DNA from: Dimorphilus gyrociliatus
Taxonomy: Eukaryota > Animalia > Annelida
DNA length: 64,000 nucleotides
Assembly: GCA_904063045.1 (NCBI GenBank)
Contig: CAJFCJ010000013.1
Location: 850,156 to 914,155 of the forward strand
Reading direction: 5' to 3'
In this document: piece after piece, positions 25,269 to 39,019 of the stretch
How the letters are laid out: every line of letters begins with the position of its first letter
Numbering within the stretch: the first letter of the stretch is position 1
Program-made: the position numbers and the translations under genes
Notes under the pieces: model-generated
The model's input: only the letters and a program-made list of their open reading frames with translations
The model's database searches: none
What the model was told of the DNA's origin: nothing

Positions 25269-26810
25269 TTAAAGCCTAACTGAATAACCAAACAATTTAT
25301 AATCCAATTCATATAAAGAACTAATTGTATCTATAAGAGGTTTACCAATTTGGTTGATTTCTTTATTGAGTTTCTCCGTCCTCCGTCGTCGGACAATGGC
25401 TATGGCTTTCGATTCGTCTTTCGGGAGTTTACCTAAGGCCATCGAGAGAAGAATTTCATCGACATTACGCCAATTCATTTTCTGCGTTCTCTTAGGTTTT
25501 AAAGTATTTCCTTCAACAATACCTTGATTTATAAAGTAGCGCCATCTGTTTTTGATGAATAAATCTAATGATTCGCAATCTTCGGGAACTAATCTCTTTC
25601 GTATTGGCTCTTCAAGATATAATGATTTCTCTATTGAAGAGTTAACTTTAGGAGCAAACATTTTTGGTCCAGTTAATCCTACATTATGTAATACATTATC
25701 CAAGTCTTCTTGATTTTCTATTTTCCCAATGACGTCATATTGTACGTTACAAGGATCGCAAATGAGAGATATCGGCCACCAAATTCCATTAGGACGCAGC
25801 GACGTCGTCACGTGGTTTATTACAAAACGAAGAAATTCCTCAAAAGTAATATCATTGCCGCATACAGTTTCGTTTTTATACTTTGGTCTTTTAGTAGCTA
25901 TCGATATACCGTACGATTTAAAGAACCATGGATTAGGATTGACTAATTTCGAATTATAAGCAGACCAAAGTCTAGATAGAGGTTCCCTTCCGAAAAGTAT
26001 TTTCTTATGAGTGTAAAATTTTTGATCTCTTTCTTGCTGCTGAAATCTAAATAGATGAACTGGTCTAGGAAAAATGTCATTCTCAATTGCGGTCTTATTA
26101 GGTTCATGAGCCTTATTCCATAATTTATTAAAAGTGTAACTAGCTATTCTAGGAACTGAGCAATGAATAATCTTAACTCGGTCGTAGACATTCATCTTTC
26201 TATTATAAAGCTGAGATTTTGGTCGCCGTTTGGCGCAATGACTCCTCAACTGTTTTGGTTTAAGAACGCCCTTCCCGTAATGATAATTGGTGACTTCAAC
26301 TTTTGAAAAATTTAAAAGCGATGGCAACGAGTGAACCCTCTGAATTATAGGTTTGAATTTGTGGGTAATTGGTTTTTCAACTGTTTCGATAGCTGGTCGA
26401 TCCTTTAAATTATATGATTTTAGTAAATGATCATGCAACATTTTCTTACTCCCGATATCAGCAACTGATTCGCGATTATCAAATTCTCCAATATCGAATT
26501 CCAAAGCTTCTTCATAATCATATTCACTTCTGGAAAGCTATAATTTTCAGTTAAGAATAGAAAACCATCAGAATAAAATATTGGCTTTTTTCATCTCAAA
26601 TATCAAGAAATTCTTTTAAAAGTGAGAGATAAGCTAATCTATTGAAAATTCATTTCAGTTTTTATCACTTACCATAAAGTCTCCTAACCAATCTAAAGGA
26701 ATACCGCATAGGACGAAATTTATAGAAAATAACGACACAAGAAGAATAATAATACCCCTCAAACCCCTTCCCTTGCGAAGCCAAAATCTTCTTAATTTTA
26801 AATTTAACAT
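25269..26810 (-). CDS. Golgi carbohydrate sulfotransferase (Sulfotransfer_2; CHST8-14/HNK1-ST-like)
   Basis: Exon 1 (26810 to ~26674) encodes a type II TM (GIIILLVSLFSINFVLC) and splices to the 25269-26504 ORF. 5'-PSB-like CSVPRIAS, 3'-PB REPLSRLWSAY, TFEEF, WWP...CDPCNVQYDVIGKIE, LYELDYKLFGY. Confidence 0.85.
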
Positions 26811-27818
26811 TACTTTCGGGCAGTTAGCGAGAGAGAAACGGTAATAACGTATACATTACTCAAAATTAGGCTTAATTTTTATCATTATATATGACATTCG
26901 CTCATTTTTTATCCCAACCTTAAGATGTATTTATTGACCAGTGGCGACGTCTAACTGTAATACGGAATGGGAATAGGCTTAGTTCACTAAGTACGAAGAT
27001 CATTGAAACATTAGCTTCAAACAAACAATCTAAAAACGATTTATTATTCTGATGTATAAAAATGAAATCAACGCATTAACTTAGTTACACAGCTGTATTG
27101 TTTATATTTAAATAAACAAATTTATATACTTATACATAGAGTACTATGCACATATATGTATAATTACAGCAATATCAACATAAAATACAGGTTATGTAAT
27201 AACCTAGTTGTATATTAATTTCCGTTATTGGTCTCGTAATCAACAAAGTAGAACATACTGTGCGGAAAATATTCCAGGTGCTCTTTATAAAACTTTTACC
27301 CGATGTGTTGTATATCATTTATTTATAACTTAGACAGCCACCCCCAATCCCTACCTACCTACATCCTCACCTCTCTCTCTCTCTCTCTCTCTACTCTTAT
27401 TCCTTAATAGAAAAGAAAAGAAGAAAAACAAAGTGTTGTTTGTATTAGAAGATACGAATTGATTTGAATAAAAACACATAAAGCTACAAATTTAAAAAGA
27501 ATCGTTTCTTCATCGTCTCTTTTCACTTTTTAGTTTATTTGTTTGTTTTTTTTATTCGCTCCTCCATTTTATCCTTTCAAGACAGATAAATCTCCGAATT
27601 ATTATTTCAAATTCATGAATATACACACACACACACGCACGCAAGTAAAGAATAAAAAAAAAAATACAACCAAGAGACGCTCGAAACGTTGTAGACGGGG
27701 CGACTAGATATTAAAAAAAAAAAATGAAAGATGACGAGTATAAATATAAAAAAAGAACAATTAAAATGATCTTTCCGTTAGGCATATTGTAAAATCGACA
27801 GCACCATTTAGCATCTTC

Positions 27819-28604
27819 TCATTCAATTTGATTAACTTCCGCTACAACGTTGATTGTACTGGAGGCAACAGGTGCTTCATATCCAGCACCTATCATTGGA
27901 TCATACTTTATTCCATGGCTTTGCAGGAGCATTGTAAGTTTATCGATGTAATTGTCCTGCATTTCGCTGTATTTGCGGTATTTGCTTAGTTCCTCTTCCA
28001 CTACGCATTTAGCTGCCCTTTCGCGAGCAACACGGCGTTCGGCGTTGATTTTTACAGACATTATTACACCGTTCAGTATTCTTGATACTCGCCACAATCT
28101 TAGTACAATGATTAAACCTATTCCAGCCTGTACACCTTCACTATTAGCAAAGATTATATCTAATGTAAAGCATATAACTACGACGAAAGCATCGAACAGT
28201 TCCATCTTCATTTTGAATAAGTCTAATCTTAGGGCATATAACTTGAAAAGGACTTCGATAACGAATAAACTGAGAATCGATAGAGATATGTAATGGAATA
28301 TTTTTGGCAGTGTATCATCCGCAGCATTTTTATCTTGTGTCTGAACTTCTAGGAATCTGAGATCGAGTAATAATTCAGCAATAACTACCAAACAATCGAG
28401 TATAACGAGACTTATAACAACTATTTGGAACTGGGTGCTCAAAACGATTCGTGTTGTCTTATGACGGCAACTTCTCGGTGCTCTCTCATATTCTGAACTG
28501 GTAGAAAAACTAGAAGAGTCATCCTTCTCTATCACTCTCTCGCAATCATCCGTCAGTTTACGGAAACCCTCCATCCGCATCTGATTAGTTAAATTACAAT
28601 TCAA
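27819..28604 (-). CDS. HVCN1: Voltage-gated proton channel Hv1, intronless CDS
   Basis: Four TM helices; S1 LVILDCLVVIAEL with the selectivity Asp; S4 LRLWRVSRILNG (RxWRxxRxxN signature); C-terminal coiled coil. Confidence 0.95.
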   Translation of the reverse strand: MNCNLTNQMRMEGFRKLTDDCERVIEKDDSSSFSTSSEYERAPRSCRHKTTRIVLSTQFQIVVISLVILDCLVVIAELLLDLRFLEVQTQDKNAADDTLPKIFHYISLSILSLFVIEVLFKLYALRLDLFKMKMELFDAFVVVICFTLDIIFANSEGVQAGIGLIIVLRLWRVSRILNGVIMSVKINAERRVARERAAKCVVEEELSKYRKYSEMQDNYIDKLTMLLQSHGIKYDPMIGAGYEAPVASSTINVVAEVNQIE

Positions 28605-31600
28605 TTAGACGCATATCGTATATTGTAAAATACTAAATACCTGAACCATTATATTTCTCTCGAAATGAAACTTGTCCGTTCGCACAGAGTTTTGCAATCG
28701 ATCTCTCCTCTTCCAACCTTAAAATCCTTTTGCGCATGCGCGAGTAATCGATTCCGAAACTTATCGCGACTAAGGATCGATTTTTCCCTACACAAACGCC
28801 ATCTAGCGATCGCCCACGTTCCACTATAAGATATACTATTACCTATAGAAAAAAATATCACGTCTTATTTAATTCTATCTATCCACAAGGCCAATCACCT
28901 ATGCGCTAATTTTAATTATAGTAGTAGATAAAGATTAACTTAAAGAGAAAACTTTCCCTTTCTTTGCCCCACAAATAAATTAAAGAGACGAATTTCTACA
29001 AAAAACAACAATTTAGAAAGTTTACATAACAATCGAACTTTCTATTTTTGTATTGTTTAAAATATTTTCGAAAGTTAGAACAAAAGAAAATAGATTGCGA
29101 TAAAACAGAAAAGAAAGAAACATTCTGTAGTATTTGCTCTTTCTTTCTTTCTCTCTCTCTCTCTCTCTCTCTCATTCCTTTCTTTTCTATATATTTATTT
29201 AGTTTATCTGTAATAGAGGCGATATATTAAACTTTATACCTTAAATATATTTATATAGACAGAAAAAAGCTTGTTGAAAATTAAAATTTAACTTTATTTT
29301 TAAAGGTTGAAATTGTATTTAGCACAACTTTTTGCATGATAAATTGATAGCATTCTGTCATAATACAATTTGCGCTTACTCTCTCTAACCAGAGCTATCT
29401 AAATCTCTCCTTCCCCCTCTCTCTCTCTCTGTCTTTTCTTATCTTTCTCCATCTGTGTCTACTTCGCTATCTGACTCAAAAATTATATCAAATATCAGAA
29501 TAAGATTCTCTATTCTGTCTATAGGATGAATTGAAATGGTACTAATGAACTAAAATGATATTTACTATATCTTTACCAATTGTGTTAAATTGCTATTTAG
29601 ATGAAAGTATAACATAAAGAGTAATATATATATATACATTATTCAGAGGAATGTACAGTATGCCGTGTAAATTTATATGAAATGAGATAGATGTATTTTT
29701 TCATTATATAAGAAAAAGTTTGTCATAAACAACTTCAAAAATATAACATTTATCCGATAGGTGAACATTAACTATAAAAACATCATTTTCTCTTATGCAG
29801 TATTAACACGAAATATAACAATTATTGAACCTTTTAAAAGCTGCTACATAGGAAACAATATTATTTCTTAAATTATTAATACTATATGTACATTCATATA
29901 TTCTATTGAAATCTCTCTCTTTCACTCTCCTCTTTCAAAATTATTTATCAAAATTTAAATGCAACAATTTGTTACTTTTAACATGTTTTTTTTATTAAAA
30001 AAAAAGTCAATTATAATTTTATTAGATTAAACAGTTTTTTCTTAATATGCTTTTTAATTATTGTAATTTTTTTCTTAAAAAAAAAAACTCAATTTATTAC
30101 GCAGAAAAAAATAGAGTGAGAGATCAAGAGAGAGAGAGAAAGAAACAAACCATGAAGAAGTATGCTGAGATTATCTTTGATGATTATTCTTTTTATTACT
30201 TATTTTAGTGTGGAAAATGCAAATTACATATAAAAATATATTAGAAAATTGTATATTGACTATTAAAAAGAAGTACTGGAAATTGTTAGCTTGGAAAGAG
30301 AGAAAGAAGAAAGAATGTTAATGATATATTCTTAATCTTTTCGTCCTCTTAAATCGAGTGGTTGCAACAATCGTTAGTAATTTGAATGATACGATGATAA
30401 TATCCCTCTAATTCTGTGACAATTTTACCCTCTTACTTCGTTTCACCATCTCTACAGTATTAACATTGCTTAATATTCATTTTAAATTGCTGTTTTATGC
30501 CTTATTTTCTATTAATGCATACAATAATTATATAAATTTTGCCTATAAAATTGATTAATTTTTCCTCTACTCTTCATGAAAAGAATCTATAATTTTAGGC
30601 ACAAATTTTAAGAGAGAAATAGTCAACCTCTTCATAGAAGACTCATTCTGTTTATCTTGCTCTCAGTTGAACCAGGCCTACGAATATCAATATTATCAAG
30701 ATTTTGTTTTCATTAACAAATATATATATAGAGAGAGAATTTAGTATATTTTATTATATAGAGAAAGAGATAAGAAGATAGATAGAAGACGGGAATGTGA
30801 GATGTAGTAAAATATACGTAATAGTAATGAATATATATACAGTATTAAACAACTTGTAATGGAATAAGAACACTTTAATACTCTTGTATAGTAGTGATAT
30901 TGCAATTTTATCTTTTATCTATAAAACTTGAATAGCTCTTATTTTCAATTGAATAAATATCCGAGAGATTTAAATTGATTAGTCTTGCAATTCTAATGAT
31001 ATTCTTGTTCCGTTTTTTCCTTCCGTTTCCTTTTCCTGAATATTTTTATTAATTTACTCCTTTCCTAGAAAAATCTAGTAGCTTTTTAACGAGCTAACTT
31101 GTATTTTTTTCTTCAAAAATCCTATTTTCTTTAAAAGAGGAAAAGTATATTGAAATAGGGATAAATGGGATTTATTCATCTATTATAAGCAATCTATGAT
31201 ATGTCAAGTCGTTGGTTATTGAATATTCTGTATAGAGTTTTCTAACCAATGCTTTAAGCAGTATTATCTATTAGAACGCATATATATATATATATACAAT
31301 AATAGTAATAAAAAAACTAATTTTAGCATCACTAATTGATTTTAAAAGAGCAATATCAAATGAAGATTTATCTGTCAACAGGATAAGGTGTTTCCTATAT
31401 ATGCATATATAAAGGAAGTACAAGTTATTTTTTATTTATTTATCTCTTTTCATTTACCAAACAATTGTAACTAAAATTAACAATATGTTATTGTCTTTAA
31501 AACGCTACAGGTTGTTAAAATATACAGTGTTAGGCATAAATTAATCGGCTTTTGTCGGTTAATTAAAATATTTAGAGGATTTTTACAGAAAAAAATAAGT

Positions 31601-31908
31601 ACCAGATAAAACACAGTGAGGGCGAGTACATTGGTAGTTATTTAATTTATTTAATACTCTTCTTATCTATTATATAAAAGTGTAAATCTTCTGATGTTAT
31701 CCTATTCTTTTTATGGCCATAACATTTTCAAGTACGGAATAAAAGCATACGTTGAATTGAAAATTAGTATTATTTTGAATTTCCCGCGAAAAAAATTATT
31801 CTTATTATCTCCAGTTTCCGGAAGTTCTATGGTTTCCTAAATTCTGAAAAAGGAAATGGAGTGAAACAATCAAGTTTTTCTTTAAAATGCTCCGTTGAGC
31901 CGTAGAAA

Positions 31909-34900
31909 ATGCATAGATTCATCGATTATTTTGTCGTAATAGGATACGATTATAATTCTGACGGTTTGTTACCTTGATCCTTATAATGCTCAATATCATA
32001 TCTACTTCTAATAGACTATTTTCGCTTGTGTCATATATTTCGTTTCCAAGTCTTTTTTTATTTTAGATGCATTTTCACCCTCGTGATTAACTAAAAGTTA
32101 AATTAAAGAAAAATTTGACTTTCTATTCTTACATAAAGTGATATTAAGACGAATTAAGTCATTGATTTACGTTTAGACACTAATTAACAATTTATCATTA
32201 TATCTATTCACTGGAAAAAATGATATCTTTCGGACTAAGCTTCTAGTAAAACTTATCTGGAAATAGTAATCTTTATATGTAGGTAAACTTTCAAAGAATA
32301 ATCTTTTTCAATTTTAGAAGCTATGTATGTAAAAGAATTTCTTGTCTTGTTAAATCTTGACTTCCGTCAAAAAATCGAATATGCATGGAATTGATTGTGT
32401 GCTTATTTGTTTTAATGATATTCTTGCCAGATATCATTTATTAAATTAAATTGTCTTTAATTAATAAAGGCGGCAAGGGAAAGATACTTCAAAAATTCCC
32501 TAAAGAGGATTGGAAAGATTATGCATTGCCACAAGCTCTTGATCAATTTTGCCAGCCTGGAGGATGGTCGATCAGTTCAACAAGGCATCAGCCGTCATTT
32601 TGTCATGCTGTTTTGACAGATTCCGAGAGAAGTATGCTATATTTAATGAATAATAAGTGTTAAAAACGTATATCTATATACATTTGGGTTTTATATGCTT
32701 CCCTAGATATACACTACTGTGCGTCGTTAACTTTTTTCGAAGATTTGCCCGAAACACAACAGCGGCAAAATGATGATTCACTTCAGTCAACAGAGGAGAA
32801 CAATAGTTGCAAACAGACGCTTTATGTTCCGAAATCTTTGATGATTGTTTCTTCACACAACTATATTAAAAATTTTAAAGATTGTCTTCGATTATTTTAT
32901 ATGGCTTTTACGGAACCAGATTTTTCCAATCGTTGGACATTGGAACTTATGGTAGCTAATTTAGTAGGAAAAATTATGGTCCCTAAACCCGGTGGTTTAC
33001 TCGTTCAATATCAATTAACATCAGATGATAGACAATTTTTACCAGCACCTTACTCTGGTATAATGTGTACAACAACGGAGTGTTACTCGCTTTTTAGACA
33101 GTTAGGTTGGTAACTTGGATTCAAATTTATTGTTATACACCTTAAATTTATATATATATATATATATAAATTACTTCAGGAATATATAATGTGCTTACTC
33201 TATTCTCTGCCGTACTGACTGATGAAAAGATATTATTTCATTCTACAAGTTATAATCGATTAACTGAAGCTGGCCAAGCACTTATTTCTTTGTTATATCC
33301 GTTAAAGCATAGGTATTAATCAAAAAAAATTAAATAGCTGTTTTTATTATTACTATTATTTCTTTCCTTAAAAATAATTAAAAAAAAAAAGAATGTAAAT
33401 AACAAACGAAATTTTTCTATTTCAGTTTCGTTTACGCGCCAATTCTACCGTTAATTATGATCGAAGTGCTTTCGAGTCCTACGCCGTTCGTTTGTGGTAT
33501 TCACTCTGATTTCTTGCCTGATTACAGCGAATTGCCTAACGTTATTGTCGTACATCTCGACTATGGAACGCTATTTATACCAGAAAATATTCATGTGAAT
33601 TCAATACCAAGTAGAATGCTCAATCGCGTTCGACAGTCTCTTCAATTAGTTTGTATTTTTAATTATGAATAATATATCATTTAAATGTAATTATTATTAT
33701 TACGATTATTATAGATTTTAACTCCTGAATTATTCTCTGCTGATAATGCATTTATATTTAACGAAACACCGACCAAGCTATCAGAAAGGGATGCATGTTT
33801 ACAAGTAAAGATAACAACTGCTTTCTTTTTCTTAGATTACCAAATTTTTCGTTTCATTTTCTTTAGGATAAGATGATAAGAGCTGTGTTCATTCGATTTT
33901 TTGCTGAACTATTTCTTGGTTATAGATCTTGTCTGTTAACATCACGCATATATCCGAAAACGTTTATTCATTTTGATAAGGTACTTTTGTTCAAATGATA
34001 AAAAAGATGAAGTGCACACAATACGTTGAACAACCCTTTCATTCTCTTTTTGTTGTTTTTTCTTTCTTTGTTATAGGCCAAATTTTTAGGACAAAGTGAT
34101 ATGATGGATGAAAAATTTACATTACAAATTTTGGAGTGCATGTCGTTCAGCATTTTTATTGAGGAGAGGGGTTTGCCTTTCAGGGAGTTGGATATCTTTG
34201 ATGAGGTTTATGCAAATATTGCAAGGCAATTAATAAAAGAAGCATCAAATCTTGAAGTCATGATGCAACATATCACTGATTTAGCTGCTTTAATACCTTT
34301 TAAGGTTTTATAATATTTATTCAACTAACGCAAATAAATTAAATAATAAACTAAATATTAATTAATAGGAAATAGAACACGAAAAATTTAAAAACCCGCC
34401 AAAAATGCCAAAATTAAAAGAGGAAGCGCTTGATAGAATTCATCAACCACATTTTCCTGAATTAGATGAAAATAAAATATATGAAGTAATAAATAATCAA
34501 GAACTACCACCGAAAAGGTATGTCAAGTAGGCTCTTATCTTAATGTAAATAATTGAATAACTATTTAAAAGAATGAGGAAAATATATTATTTACTGTACA
34601 TACAGTGTATATAACTGTATATTGTATAAATATATACAGTATATATATATATATTATTTTCTGAAGTTATATACACGTTCCATATCTTTATGCTATATGG
34701 AAAATTAGTCGACTGATTGTGTGTAAACTAGAAGTAGAAGAATTTATATATTTTCTCCTCTTTAATTATTATTTTCTCTTTTAGCTTTCTTTTCTCAGTA
34801 CATAATAAGATATATTTGTTGACAAACAGGAATTCGGAAATGGAACAGAAACCTCGATTAAGAGTTGTTCCGATGGGATATAGCTATACGGATTTAAAAA

Positions 34901-37900
34901 AGAGTTTAGGTTACGTTTCTCATGTTGAAAAAGGCTTGGAAGTTTTAAGATCCTGTATTACTTTCGCCTTTGAAAATAAAGTATCTGATGCTCTAAAAGT
35001 ATTAAATGCTGTTAAAGCCATGCTGAAAGATCACGAAGCCCGAGTTTGCCTAGTTAATGTATTATCTTCCTATGTAACTGCTACAACAATTGAACTTCAA
35101 GCTCAACAATTTCGTATTGTTGTCGAATTGTTAGAGTCAGCTTTAAGTAACGATTCTATAACTGACGAATTCGGTATTGCCCATAGCATTCTACCCATAT
35201 CAAATAATATATGTAAGGTGAGCGTCTGCTAATTTATAATTTTGATTTGTATATGTTATTTATCTGTTTCTTTAAAATACATTTTTTTTCCCAACACATT
35301 TTAGACGTTAAGTGATGGTGCAAAAGTTTTCGCTTATTATTATCTTCAAAAATATGCTGTTTGGTCAAATATAAAATTTTGGATAAATTCATATTTTAGA
35401 GATGTTGACAAAGATATTTATAGAGTTTATGCCTCCGACTCGGATAGCGATATGAGTGTGGATACGATAAAGACGAAAAAATATTTATACAACGACTCCT
35501 ACGGTCCTTCTAATGATATTCATTGTTTGAGCGTTACAGCCGAAGAGTTACGAAACATGGCTAATGGATCGAATATTTCTGATGAGGAAATGAATACAAA
35601 TATTAAAAAGGAGAACCAAGCTAATTTTTCTCAAATTACTTTATATATGAATTTTATATGTAATATGAGAATAGATGCCCGAAGCACTGATACATGTAAA
35701 GTACGGAAAGGAGGAAGAGAGGAAATCGAATCGAGTATTCTTACAGGAAGTTTTGCCGAAGAACACGACGACTATGATACTGATACAAATACAAATGAGA
35801 ACGATAAATTAGTAGACGTTCATTATATAGAAAGGTTTCTTGAGAAGTTTATCGATCATATTGTACACAATTGTATGTTGGAACAATCGAAAGCTAAAGA
35901 GATGAAAGAACTAATAGAAGATACTGTTAAAGAAAGGGTTAGCGCTATTCAAGCGACGCCGCATATTTTCGACGACATAGAAAAGCCGGTAAAAGTCAAC
36001 GAGCCCTACATCCTACCCGGAGAAGTTATGTATAGAACTAGTCTAAGAGCTTATCTATTACCAGATGGTAGACTAGAAGGGTCTGATGTTTTAGTAAATA
36101 GACAACGTTCAAAGGCTACTCATTCACCCGTAGCGTCAGACTTTAATCAAGAAGAAAGTGGATTTGTATATCTTCCAGCAGACGGTGCGGTATTCCTAAC
36201 GAACTACCGTGTAATATTTACTGGCTTCCCATTAAATCCCTACGCCAGAGAAATGGCTGTATATCGTTCTTTTCCTATTAGTTCTCTCGTGAAAGAAAAA
36301 CGTTTAACTAATGTTCTAGTTAACGATAATATTACAATGGCGGAAGGATGGCAATTAAGATCATTTACCTTCGAAGTAAATATCTTTAAATATCATACAT
36401 ATAACTATAAATAGTTTTATATAATTTATATATTAGATATTTATTTTTAACGAATATTATTATTCCTGTAAAGCCATCTATACTATTTTTTATATTTTAG
36501 CTGATACGTTTAGCCTTTCATAATGACGTTCTTACCGAGAAGATAAAATCAATGAGAGAACAATTATTGAGAACGAGATATCCTCAAAACGTTCATTGTA
36601 CTTTTGCTTATAATGGTGCCGTACAATTACCAATAGTACCTTCAATGCATAAACATAAGGAAAAGAATAGTACATTAAAGTAAACTTTTTTTTTTTAATT
36701 CAGTTAAATGATTTTTATACGTTTCTATTTTACGTTTTCAGTTTAAAGTCAATGTGGAAGAAGACATTAGGTAATTTCTCATCTCACTCAAATAAGAAGA
36801 CTATTACCTTATCGTCAACTTCTTCTCCAACGTTTACCGCAAGAGGTAGTGGTTTCGACACTGAAGAAAGCTCCACTTTTAACGCCGATGAAAAAATGTA
36901 TGAGCAACTTATATGGAAGGATACCAGGAGCGTAGATAAGCTCTGTGAAAGATATCATGTGATTGATTGGGAAGAACAAAATTTATACAGCCTAAAAATT
37001 GATGATAAAGAAAAAAGTAATGAATTTAGAGCAACCTGGATTAATTCGGAATATAAATTATGTAAAAGCTATCCATCCGTTTTTCTTGTGCCATGCGCAT
37101 ACACTGACGATGGTCTACAAAAGTTATCTAAATGCTACAGACATAATCGGTAAGGGTTCAATATGGCTTTGCCAAATGATTATTTGATAAGAAATACATC
37201 AATTTTATGTTTCTTTTTTCAAGTGTACCAGTTGTTACATGGAGACATCAGTCGAATAAATCTGTATTGCTGCGCAGTAGTGCCTTCCACGGTCGAGGAT
37301 TTCTGAGCATGTTTAAATATAATCATCCAACTGGTTTGTCAAATGGAAATTTATTTATTTATTCATTATATACTATTTGATATATTTAATGGTATACTTT
37401 CTCATAATTTAGGTTCATCGTCCGAATCAACGACCTTCGAACAAGAGCAGGAGCGTTTCCTATCAATTATCATTGATTTAACACCACCGATTGGTAATTC
37501 TAAACATTGTGATTCCATAAGTGGCTTGGATGCTTACATGCGTGATATAACCTCTTCTTATACAACTACTGCTGGTGATTTGTCTAGCAGCGGTTATCAT
37601 GGTGCTACTAAAGCCCTGTTCGGCAAAGCCAGTAGAGTTAAATGTAAGCTTATTTTAATCTTTCGCTAAACTAACCAATTTTTCTATAATTGTTATATCG
37701 ATTGAATTTGTAATTCTGCTTCCTTCTATTTTTTTTAACACTTTCGAAGTGATTTAGACCTTATAATTTTTCCATATTTATTTACATTTTTTTTTTTGTA
37801 TTATTGTATTGTATTGAATCGTTTCTGTGTGCAGCCGTTCTCAAAGGTCTTCCTAGTAAGCAACGGTTTTCGAAAATACCGTCGCCGTTTGGATCATTGT

Positions 37901-38978
37901 CAAGTAAGAAATATTTAATTTAAAAACAAAGCAAAAAAAAAACCAAATCACAATAATTCTTTTTTTTTAAATACGTCACTAAGCTTGCTTTTTGACGCAG
38001 CATCTTTTATTTATTATTTAAAAAAAAAAGCGAACAAATAAGTTCATCAACAAAAACAAAAAAAACAGTAAAGAAAGAAAATAAAAGTTAAAGAGATGAG
38101 ATTTTTTTCTTTTAAAAAACACTTTTTCTTCTTTATACTATCTATTTTTTTTCTTTTCTCTCTCTTTCTCTTTTATATTTTTTCTCTATCATATTCATTA
38201 TATCTATTATGATTATTATATTCTTTTTATGTTATACTTTTTTTATTCATTTTTTTAAAGAGTTATTTCTTTTTTATGCTTTGTCTATAGGCTTAAACAA
38301 TACCGGAAGTTTAAGTGACATTTTTTACTTCCATGACGGTAATTATCTGATTCTCCCTCAAACAATAGAAAACAAACAGTTAGTTAAAAAACATGATAGA
38401 ATAAAGGCGTAGCCTAGTCAGTAACTTAATAAGAGAAACATATCAGTTAAAGAGAAACAGCAATTACAAATCTTTATTTTTTTAATCGCTCCTTTCAATC
38501 TTGCATATTTCATCTTTTCTCTATCAGTAGTTTGATTTTAAAAGATTTACTTATGACGATAGAAGAAATAAGGATAAACCAGTTAAATTAGGCATTGTTT
38601 TGATAGTTCCTAGTTAATAATGGCAAGTAACTCAATAATTTTTAATACGTTCTCGCCAATAGATCTCTTAGCAATTTGAATTGGTTTTTATCTAGGGTTA
38701 TATAAATCAGTGGTGATATAATACCTTCGCAAGAAAAGGTTGCTGTTTGTTTAACTGTAAAATGAAAAGAATTTGTAGAGATTATTGCTTGATCAGTTTT
38801 AAGATAGAGATAGTGTTTTAATATCACCCAATTTGTTGACACACAGTATCGTCATAGACTGAGATTACGATATAATTGATTAAAAATAATTAATCGTATA
38901 AAAAATAATAATACTGGAACGATTCATAACACTGAAACAGGGTTATCCTTATTCCTTCTATTATACGTATGTATATAT

Positions 38979-39019
<41 letters not shown>

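Noticed and set aside
28900-31800. 3-kb intergenic stretch between HVCN1 and SBF examined for hidden genes or RNAs
   Set aside because: Only AT-rich low-complexity sequence and (CT)/(GA)/(AT) microsatellites were seen; no coding, tRNA or repeat structure.
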